A stretch of DNA of 36,664 bases from Hyphomicrobiaceae bacterium (GTDB taxonomy: Bacteria > Pseudomonadota > Alphaproteobacteria > Rhizobiales > Hyphomicrobiaceae). Numbering within the stretch: position 1 is the first letter of the stretch; every line of letters starts with the position of its first letter. Where the stretch lies: positions 1-36,664 of the forward strand of contig JANYHP010000425.1 in NCBI GenBank assembly GCA_025359005.1, written 5' to 3'. Positions 17,821-25,440 of the stretch are shown here, piece by piece. The position numbers were made by a program, and so were the translations under genes. The notes beneath the pieces were generated by a model, which was given only the letters and a program-made list of their open reading frames with translations, was not told the DNA's origin and ran no database searches.

Positions 17821-19539
17821 TCAGAAGCCGAACACCGACACGACGAACCCGATGCTTGGGATCGTCAGCATCTCGGAATAGTAGATCACGCCGAGGAACA
17901 AGCTGGCGAACGAGATCCACGTCAGCCACATCGCCATGAACGTCTGCGCCTTGGCGAGCAGTGTATCGCCGCCCTGTCCCGACGACTGGTTGCCGCGGTT
18001 GGCCCAGCGCTGCTTGGACAACCGCCACAGCATGTAGACCTTCACCTGCGCATTAAGCTTCTGGTTGACCGGCAAAATCCACACGTAGTTGAGATCGACG
18101 CGTTCCGAATAAGTGAACAACGCCAGCGACAGCAGCATGCGCGTGATCGCCAGATAGAGAATGTACTGGACGATATACATCGCCCCGTTGCGCATCGCTT
18201 CCGACACCGCCAGCATCGGGCTGAACAGCGTCGTCCACATGGCGAGACGCTGGTCGACGACGCACCACCAGATAAAGAACGGCATACGCGCCGGCCCGAG
18301 CTTGATGGCGCGCTGCCCGTTGCGCAGCATGTTGCCCGACCAGCGTCGTAGGTTTTCCTCCATACGCGTCCAGCCCGAGCCCTCGACCACCTCGATGGTC
18401 GTGCCCGACGCATCCGGCACATAGGTCATCTTCACGCCCTTCGACAGCAGCGCATACCACGTGCTCTTGTCGTCGCCCGACAGGAAGCGGAACGTGCCCC
18501 AGAGCCAGTGATTGAGGAAGTCGGCTTCCTGCAGACGAATGAAATCTTCGGTGACGATATGATCGGCGCGAAACACACTCATGCGGCCGGTCAAGGTCAG
18601 CACCCGGTCAGACAGCGCGTGGCTTTGCATGGCGATGCGCCTCTGGGCAAAGCGCATATTCAGCCACGATTGCATCCACCACGGCCCGTGCACGACCACG
18701 CCTTCGTCGGTCGTCAGCGCGTGCAACTCCGGATCGATCGCAAACAGCGGGAAGCAGCGCTTGAGACACCCCGGATGCAGCACGAAATCGCCGTCCATGA
18801 ACACGACGAGATCATTTTTGCCGACGCCAGCACGCGACATGGCCCGCAGGATGAGCGCGATGGCCACGCGCTTGCCGGGCTGGTTCTGGCGGATGATCCG
18901 CAGCGTTACATCGAGATCCTTGGCAATGATCTTGAGATGGTTGGCGATTTTCAACTCGTCCGACAGTTCACTCGAACCGAGCCACAGCGTTGCCGGCACG
19001 CCAGCTTCACGGATTTGCTGACACAGCCCGCGCAATACCGACTCCGAGATCGCGCGATGCTCGCGAAACGTCGTCATCTGGACGTGGATGTGCTTGGGCC
19101 GCCAACCTGAGTTCCAGAGTGCTTCTGCTTGCGCGCGCTTTTTCGGATACGTGATAAGTCCGAACACCTTGGCGCGCAGGAAGTGGTTCATCCACCAGCC
19201 GTAACGCCAGATGCCGAGGATGCCGAGCACATACGTGACCTGGTTGAGCTCGACCGAATAGATCGGATTAGGGATCGTCATCAACATGCCGATGCAGCCG
19301 ACGAAGAACAGCGTCAGCTTCAGCATCACCAGCGGCGACCACTTCTCCCAGAACGGCAACGGCTCCGGCGCCGAGATATCGCCGATGATGAAGGGCGCGC
19401 GGCCGTCGGCATGCATTGCGCTCGCTGGACGCACCTCATGGGCGGGCTTGGTCCGCAACCGCGAGACCGGACGCACGCCACGCGGCGCCGCCAAAGGAGT
19501 GGCAATCTGCTGCTCCCGCGGTCGGCTCGCGAGTGTCAT
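17821..19539 (-). CDS. alg8: Alg8-like GT2 processive glycosyltransferase (mannuronan synthase-like)
   Basis: The protein is polytopic, with motifs I recall from Pseudomonas Alg8: GIWRYGWWMNHFLRA, VVFMDGDFVL, LTLTGRMSVFRA, FRFLSGDDKSTW, YVPDASGTTIE, LRRWSGNMLRN and VDQRLAMWTTLF. Its ATG overlaps the stop of the upstream gene (ATGA at 19536-19539). Confidence 0.8.
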   Translation of the reverse strand: MTLASRPREQQIATPLAAPRGVRPVSRLRTKPAHEVRPASAMHADGRAPFIIGDISAPEPLPFWEKWSPLVMLKLTLFFVGCIGMLMTIPNPIYSVELNQVTYVLGILGIWRYGWWMNHFLRAKVFGLITYPKKRAQAEALWNSGWRPKHIHVQMTTFREHRAISESVLRGLCQQIREAGVPATLWLGSSELSDELKIANHLKIIAKDLDVTLRIIRQNQPGKRVAIALILRAMSRAGVGKNDLVVFMDGDFVLHPGCLKRCFPLFAIDPELHALTTDEGVVVHGPWWMQSWLNMRFAQRRIAMQSHALSDRVLTLTGRMSVFRADHIVTEDFIRLQEADFLNHWLWGTFRFLSGDDKSTWYALLSKGVKMTYVPDASGTTIEVVEGSGWTRMEENLRRWSGNMLRNGQRAIKLGPARMPFFIWWCVVDQRLAMWTTLFSPMLAVSEAMRNGAMYIVQYILYLAITRMLLSLALFTYSERVDLNYVWILPVNQKLNAQVKVYMLWRLSKQRWANRGNQSSGQGGDTLLAKAQTFMAMWLTWISFASLFLGVIYYSEMLTIPSIGFVVSVFGF

Positions 19540-21152
19540 AGCACCGTGCTCATCCGCTGCCGAATGATGTTGTAGAGCCCGAAGTTCGACCGCTGCGGGA
19601 ACACAACGACCACGGGCAACCCCGACCGATAGCGCTCGGTATTGCCCACGCGTCGCAGATCCTGGAAGCCGATCACCACCTGCGCCGAGCGATCGACACT
19701 GCCGCGCCAGCGGTAGCCGGGGATCTGCGCGGTGTTCTGCTCTTGTACGAAGCCGGACGTGCGATCGATCTGCAGCACCTTGCCCTTCAGTGTTTCCGCG
19801 AGCGCCGGCACATACAGCAACACCTCGTCGCCGAGCCCCGTGCGCGCCACTTCGTCCTGATTAAGGAACGCCGTCACCTGCCGCTGTTCGCGTTGTTCAA
19901 ATACCGCGATGACGTCGCCCCGTCGCACCGTTCCCTGGTCGACGCGCTTGATTTCGAGAATGGTGCCATCGAACGGCGCGCGCACGGCGAGCCGCTTCTT
20001 GTGGTTGAGCAACGCCTCGTATTTGGATTGCGTCAGCGCGATCTCGTTTTCGGCCAGCTTGACCTGTGCCTCGAGCTGGCTGAGGTCGCCCACCATCGTC
20101 TGGCCGGTATAGAACCATTTGCCATCGCCGTGGGCGGCGATGTCGACGCGCGACTTGAGTTCGATCTGCTTGCTTTCCACCGTCTTGCGCAGGCCGACCG
20201 CCAGCTTCTCGGCGTTCTCCAGCAATGTATCGGTGGTGAAGCCTTTGCGATGCAGGATGGCGAGCCGCGCGTACTGCTGCTCGGCGGCCTGCAACTGCGC
20301 CTCGACGCTTTCCAGATCGATCTTGGCCTGGTCGAGGTTCTTGCCCTCGACCGTGGTCAGGCTTTTCATGCGCTCGAGTTCGTCGGTCAGCCGCTTGCGA
20401 TAGAATACCTGCTGCGCCCGACGTTCGTTGACGGCGATTTCAGCCAACTCGATATCGCGTTCGAGCTGATTGTCGGACACGTTGACGACGATCTCGCCGT
20501 TCTTGACCGCGTCACCCGGCTTGAACTTTTCCCACGCCACGCGGCCGTCGACCTGTGACGTGACTGTCTCGATCGGCGCGGTAATGACCGCCGTCTGCAC
20601 TTCCATGCGGTAGAAATTCGAATATGCCAGCAACCCCGTGTAGCTGAAGATGGTCAGACCCAGCACGGCGTAAAAGCCGGTCATCGCCACGGCCTTGACC
20701 GGCCAGCGCTTGACCGGCAGTTGGGCCAGTCCAGCCTTCTTCTTCGGCTCGAGCGATGCCGGTGTCACCGGCACGTCGATGCGCTGGATGGTATCGGCCA
20801 CCTCCGACATGGAGCCGCGCACCAACTCCTCGAGAAAGTGCGTCATCAATTCGGTTTCGCGCTCGCCGAGCTCGACGAAACGGCCCGCGAACATGCCCGT
20901 GTCCAGATTGTTCCGGACAACTTCGGCAACCGCCTCGAACGTGACGTCGAAGCCCTGGAACGGCAGCGTGCAGGTAAGTGGAATCTCGTCGCCAGGGGAG
21001 GGAATGTCGCCCGGAAAGTCCTCGACGCGGAAGCCGCCAAGGCTCCAATCGGCGCAGCGGACCTTGCTGCCGTCGAGCGCCACGAAAAACGGCGCACTGA
21101 CACGGTGATGCCGCCGCTGGTCTGGCCGCTCCCGTCTGACAGTGACACCCAT
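19536..21152 (-). CDS. alg44: PilZ-domain / HlyD-type membrane fusion protein (Alg44-like c-di-GMP receptor co-polymerase)
   Basis: The N-terminal PilZ motifs RRHHR (RxxxR) and DWSLGG (DxSxxG) are separated by 17 residues. A single TM follows (AVAMTGFYAVLGLTIFSYTGLLAY). The periplasmic part is HlyD-like, with a long coiled-coil (LERDIELAEIAVNERR...IDLESVEAQLQAAEQQYARL...LEAQVKLAENEIALTQSKYEAL) and beta-barrel/lipoyl segments (VRAPFDGTILEI). The gene symbol denotes architectural analogy only. Confidence 0.72.
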   Translation of the reverse strand: MGVTVRRERPDQRRHHRVSAPFFVALDGSKVRCADWSLGGFRVEDFPGDIPSPGDEIPLTCTLPFQGFDVTFEAVAEVVRNNLDTGMFAGRFVELGERETELMTHFLEELVRGSMSEVADTIQRIDVPVTPASLEPKKKAGLAQLPVKRWPVKAVAMTGFYAVLGLTIFSYTGLLAYSNFYRMEVQTAVITAPIETVTSQVDGRVAWEKFKPGDAVKNGEIVVNVSDNQLERDIELAEIAVNERRAQQVFYRKRLTDELERMKSLTTVEGKNLDQAKIDLESVEAQLQAAEQQYARLAILHRKGFTTDTLLENAEKLAVGLRKTVESKQIELKSRVDIAAHGDGKWFYTGQTMVGDLSQLEAQVKLAENEIALTQSKYEALLNHKKRLAVRAPFDGTILEIKRVDQGTVRRGDVIAVFEQREQRQVTAFLNQDEVARTGLGDEVLLYVPALAETLKGKVLQIDRTSGFVQEQNTAQIPGYRWRGSVDRSAQVVIGFQDLRRVGNTERYRSGLPVVVVFPQRSNFGLYNIIRQRMSTVL

Positions 21153-21292
21153 ACTCGCAACTCACTCGTGACGCATACGCACTTCCCCCGCACACAATGC
21201 GGCGCAGGGGCAATGCTTGGTATGTCACGTTGAGGTTAACAACCGCTGGACGCGGCGACTGCGATCGCCGGCACAACAACCGGCAAGTGCAA

Positions 21293-22696
21293 CTAAAGCG
21301 GGAATATCTTGCCCGGATTGAGAATGTCGTCGGGATCGAGCGCGGCCTTGATCGACCGCATGACAGCAATGGCCGGGCCGTGCTCTGCGGCCATATACCC
21401 AGCCTTGCCCTGCCCGATGCCGTGTTCGCCGGTACACGTCCCCTCCATGCGGATGGCACGCTCGGTAAGCCGCTTGACGAACGTCTTGACCGCGGCCACC
21501 TCCACCCCGTTGGCCGGATCGAAGGCAGGCGAGGTGTGGAAATTGCCGTCACCGACGTGGCCGACGATGGGGGCGACAATGCCCAGCTCCTTGATATCCT
21601 GCTCGGTTTCGAGCACGCATTCAGCCAGTCTTGAGATCGGCACACACACGTCGGTTGCAAAGACAACGCGGCCTGGCCAGGTGGATTTGACTGCCCAGTA
21701 AGCGTCGTGGCGCGCCTTCCACAGCCGGTTTCGGTCTTCCTCCCGCTCGGCCCAGTCAAAGCGGATGGCGCCTTCCGCTTCGGCGAGATCCTTAAACACC
21801 GCCACCTGGTCGCGCGCTGAGATGTCCGTCCCGTGGAATTCGAGGAACAGCGTCGGCGCCTCGTCGAGCCCGAGCTTGGAATGACCGTTCACGGCCTTGA
21901 TCTGGACCGCATCGAGCAACTCCATGCGAGCGATGCCGAGGCCGAGTTGTATCGATTGGATGACCGCGTTGCAGGCGCCTTCGATCGTCTTGAAGGGGCA
22001 GACTGCCGCCATGATGCGCTCGGGGATGCCATAAACACGAACGGTGAGTTCCGTGAACACGCCGAGCGTGCCTTCCGAGCCCACCAGCAACCGCGTCAGG
22101 TCATAGCCGGCCGATGACTTTCGAGCCCGCTGCCCGGTCTTGATCGTCGAACCGTCAGCCAACACCGCTGTCACGTTCAACACGTTCTCGCGCATCGTGC
22201 CGTAGCGCACCGCGTTGGTGCCGGACGCCCGGGTCGCCGCCATGCCGCCGATGGTGGCCCACTCGGCGCCCGGATCGACGGGGAAGAACAAGCCGCGATC
22301 GCGCAGATAGTCGTTCAATTGCTTGCGCGAGACGCCCGGCTCCACCACGCAGTCGAGATCGCGTTCGTTGACGGCGACGATCTTGTTCATCCGCGAGAAA
22401 TCGAGGCTGAGCCCGCCCTCCGCCGCATTGACGTGCCCTTCCAGGGACGTGCCCGCGCCGAACGGGATCACCGGCACCCGGTACTGTCGAGCAACCCGCA
22501 CGATATCGACCACCTCCGACGCCAGCTCGACGAAGATGACCGCATCCGGCGGCTGGTTGGGGATCCAGGTCAAGGTATGGCCGTGCTGCTGGCGTATAGC
22601 CTCCCCGGTCTGCAGCCGGTCGCCAAAGCGCTGGCGCAGCACCCCGATAGCTGTAGCCGTGTCTCGCGCCCGTCGTGCGCCGCTGTTGTCGTTCAT
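21293..22696 (-). CDS. FAD-binding oxidoreductase, GlcD / D-lactate dehydrogenase (cytochrome)-like
   Basis: The 467-aa protein has an FAD_binding_4-type N-terminal half (VIPFGAGTSLEGH, GGMAATRASGTNAVRYGTMRENVL) and an FAD-oxidase C-terminal half ending in GEHGIGQGKAGYM...LDPDDILNPGKIF. Confidence 0.82.
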   Translation of the reverse strand: MNDNSGARRARDTATAIGVLRQRFGDRLQTGEAIRQQHGHTLTWIPNQPPDAVIFVELASEVVDIVRVARQYRVPVIPFGAGTSLEGHVNAAEGGLSLDFSRMNKIVAVNERDLDCVVEPGVSRKQLNDYLRDRGLFFPVDPGAEWATIGGMAATRASGTNAVRYGTMRENVLNVTAVLADGSTIKTGQRARKSSAGYDLTRLLVGSEGTLGVFTELTVRVYGIPERIMAAVCPFKTIEGACNAVIQSIQLGLGIARMELLDAVQIKAVNGHSKLGLDEAPTLFLEFHGTDISARDQVAVFKDLAEAEGAIRFDWAEREEDRNRLWKARHDAYWAVKSTWPGRVVFATDVCVPISRLAECVLETEQDIKELGIVAPIVGHVGDGNFHTSPAFDPANGVEVAAVKTFVKRLTERAIRMEGTCTGEHGIGQGKAGYMAAEHGPAIAVMRSIKAALDPDDILNPGKIFPL

Positions 22697-22982
22697 CCCA
22701 GTCCCCTCGTCCAGCCGTCGCCCAGTGATCGTTCCCCGATGTTAGGCCCAACACCCATCCATCACAATCATCCAAGGCAACCATTGCCAAAGGCCAAACC
22801 TGCGCAGCCGCCACGAGACCTCTGACAAAAAACAGAATTCTCCCCTTGACGGAGGCATTGATGCCACATCGACGGAAATCCTTTCCGATCCCGTCCGAAA
22901 CTCGTCGCCTTTTGGCTATCGGTCGTCTAAGTTCCGCTCGTTTTCCATTCCCGGGGACAAACCATCTGTGAAGGAGTATCAC

Positions 22983-24263
22983 ATGATACGGAGGTTGTTT
23001 GTGGCGACCGCTGCCTTGCTGGCAGTCGGAGCTGCGACTGCTCAGGCTCAAGAGAATTGGGTCCTCTTGGGCTCCAAGAACGTTCTCCTGAGCGGCTCGA
23101 GCGATACGATTGATTTGAGCCAGGCCCGCGGCAAGTACAGCGCCCTGCGCGTGGTTGCTAAGCGCCGCGGCATCGAACTGAACAATATCGAAGTCGTTTA
23201 TAACGAAGGCAACGGTCACAACGAAAAGCGGGCCATCAACCTGCTGGACGGTGAGCGCACCCGCCCGATCAATCCCAGCAACGAGGGCCGCTTCGTCGAT
23301 GCCATCGGCTTCTGCTTCAAACCGCAGGGCTTGAGCGCCGTTGTTCCTGCCGTGATCGAAGTCTACGGCCGTCAGACCGAAGGCGACGCCCGCGCCACGC
23401 GGACAGCCGGACGCGGTATCAACAAGAGCGTTGCAGCCTGCCCCGGCGGCGCCGCAGCACCTGCTGCCGCTGGTACGGCCGCGCCTGTAACAGGCCCGAT
23501 CGCAGCCACCCCAACTTCGTCGGCCGCAACCACCGCCAAGCCCGGCACGCCGAGCGAAACTGGTGAAGTGCTGTTCAGCACGCAGGCCGTCGGCTTCGCC
23601 GTCGACCGCGATGTCATCCGCGTCGGCGCCGAGATCGGCAAGTTCGACAAGGTGCGCCTCCGCGTCCTCGACAACGACATCTTCATCAAGAGCATGAAGG
23701 TTGTGTATTCCAACGGCGAGTCGCAGGAAATTGCCTACAACGCCGACGTCAAGCGTGACAGCCGGACCCGGTGGCTCGACCTAAAGGGCGACCGCTTCAT
23801 CAAGGAAATCCAGCTGATCTATAATGCCAAGCCGAACGTACGCGGCCAGGCCTTCGTCGAGGTCTACGGCCAGTATGCCGAAGGCTGGCTCGGCCAGGCC
23901 GGGGAAGGCCGCAAGTACAACGCCGGCTTCGTGCTGCTCGGCGCCCAGACCGCTGGCTTCACCATCGACCGCAACGACGTGGTCAAGGTTGGCCGCAATG
24001 AAGGCGGCTTCAAGCGTCTTGAAGTGCGCGTGTTCGATCAGGCGATCACCCTGTTCGAAGTGCGCGTGCTCTACGGCAACGGTGAAGTCGACATCATCCC
24101 CGCCAACCGCACCAAGGTAGAAGCAGGCGGCCGTTTCGCCGTCGACCTGAAGGGCGGCACGCGCATCGTCCAGGAAATCCGTCCGACCTACCGGACGCGC
24201 ATCTTCCAGCAGGGCAGCGTCGCCAAGGGCCGCGCCGTCGTGCAGTTCTGGGGCCAGCACTAA
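22983..24263 (+). CDS. Exported protein with three tandem ~110-aa repeats (DUF2541/YaaI-like pattern)
   Basis: RBS 'aaggag' lies at 22971 and the ATG at 22983. The signal peptide is MIRRLFVATAALLAVGAATAQA|QE. Three copies follow the pattern LLG/xxQxVGFxxDRDxIxVGxxxGKFxxLRxxVxxxxIxxxxxxVxYxNGExxxI...LKGxxRxIxEIxxxY...VxxYGQ. Copy 1 is separated from copy 2 by an Ala/Pro/Thr-rich linker. Confidence 0.65.
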   Translation: MIRRLFVATAALLAVGAATAQAQENWVLLGSKNVLLSGSSDTIDLSQARGKYSALRVVAKRRGIELNNIEVVYNEGNGHNEKRAINLLDGERTRPINPSNEGRFVDAIGFCFKPQGLSAVVPAVIEVYGRQTEGDARATRTAGRGINKSVAACPGGAAAPAAAGTAAPVTGPIAATPTSSAATTAKPGTPSETGEVLFSTQAVGFAVDRDVIRVGAEIGKFDKVRLRVLDNDIFIKSMKVVYSNGESQEIAYNADVKRDSRTRWLDLKGDRFIKEIQLIYNAKPNVRGQAFVEVYGQYAEGWLGQAGEGRKYNAGFVLLGAQTAGFTIDRNDVVKVGRNEGGFKRLEVRVFDQAITLFEVRVLYGNGEVDIIPANRTKVEAGGRFAVDLKGGTRIVQEIRPTYRTRIFQQGSVAKGRAVVQFWGQH

Positions 24264-24290
24264 GCGCTGAACGCCTCGCATTGAAAATCG

Positions 24291-24317
24291 AACGGGCGCC
24301 GCAAGGCGCCCGTTTTT
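24291..24317 (+). terminator. Rho-independent terminator
   Basis: aacgggcgcc-gcaa-ggcgcccgtt forms a 10-bp perfect stem with a GCAA tetraloop, running into ttttt. Confidence 0.85.
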
Positions 24318-24400
24318 GCTGCCAAACCAAGTCGACGAAAGTGGTCCGTTGCCGAAAGACGTTATCGCATGCGGTACGTCACAAACGGGCGATCAACCAC

Positions 24401-24664
24401 TTAACCAACCGAAACGATCGTCATCGTGCCCGTCGTGCCGATCGACGATGTGTACGGCCCCGTGAAACCAGCCGTGGGCGGTTCTGGAACGTTGCCCTGC
24501 ATGGTCAGCGTGACGCTCTGGTCCCCTGAGATTTTGAGGACATTGCCCTCGCGCGTGTAGGTTCCCTTGCGACCGTCGTCGCTGACAACCGTGCCGGTTG
24601 CTCGATCGAATGTCGCGGTGGTGACTTTGCCGTCGCTGGTCGTGAACTTGACGACGAGTTTCAT
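24401..24664 (-). CDS. Small hypothetical beta-rich protein (87 aa)
   Basis: An AGGAGG RBS lies 7 nt upstream of the ATG. The composition is Thr/Gly/Val-rich. There is no signal peptide. No family recognised. Confidence 0.5.
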   Translation of the reverse strand: MKLVVKFTTSDGKVTTATFDRATGTVVSDDGRKGTYTREGNVLKISGDQSVTLTMQGNVPEPPTAGFTGPYTSSIGTTGTMTIVSVG

Positions 24665-24813
24665 AAGTTGCCCTCCTGGACGCTACACCCGGCTCACCGT
24701 GAGTCACTCCTCGTGGCCGGTTGGTTAACATTGCACCGCGCGCAATAATCGGCAACAGCGATCAGGTGGCGGTACGGACGTCACGACCCCCGACGTCGCG
24801 ACTAACGGAACGC

Positions 24814-25335
24814 TCAAAATTCAATCGCCCGCTTGACCTCGAAAATCTCCATCACCTTGGCGCCTTTGTGGGGACCATCGCAGACGAACTCCCACTTGCC
24901 CTGGCTGTAGGTGTCGCAGAGCTTGACGCCCTTCACCAGCACCCAATGGCCTTCCTTCCCTTTGTGGATGGCGAGAATGTAGTGCGACCAGGCATTGCGC
25001 GGCCGCTGCATCCACGTCCACAGCGACGGACGCTCCTTGCGCGCAACCTGCATGTAGTCGGCAATCTGCCGCATATTGAAACCGTAGTGCCGCAGCGCCG
25101 CCGCCACGTCGTCGGCAGTGGTGCCCTTGATCTCCGGCTGTGCACCGTCCGGCAGCGCCCGGAACGCCCGGATCTCGTTCTCGATCTTCGAAATCGGATA
25201 ACCGGTGATCGCCGAAACGACATAGGGGCCGCAAAAGGCGGTCCGCCCCGTATCGTTGAAGGCATCGTTGCGCCCGGAGGCAATGGGCGGAATAGTGATG
25301 GGCAGCGGAGCGGACATCAGACAGCGCCGGGTCAT
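24814..25335 (-). CDS. Hypothetical protein with a papain/C39-like Cys...His signature
   Basis: Only the C-terminal ~170 aa of the 293-aa ORF look genic; the start is the ATG at 25335 or 25317. The candidate nucleophile context is AFCGPYVVSAITGYP and the candidate His is GHWVLVKG, followed by CDTY. These resemble the CGPxxL...HxVVL pattern of C39-like peptidases. This is an inferred assignment. Confidence 0.45.
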   Translation of the reverse strand: MTRRCLMSAPLPITIPPIASGRNDAFNDTGRTAFCGPYVVSAITGYPISKIENEIRAFRALPDGAQPEIKGTTADDVAAALRHYGFNMRQIADYMQVARKERPSLWTWMQRPRNAWSHYILAIHKGKEGHWVLVKGVKLCDTYSQGKWEFVCDGPHKGAKVMEIFEVKRAIEF

Positions 25336-25440
25336 AGGGGGGCAGGGACTGAAGTCTTCCACGGTGTGGTAAACAATGTCTTGATAGGTTGCAGTGGCGC
25401 CCACGATGCACGGCGCCGGTAGACGCGGGGAATTGACAGA

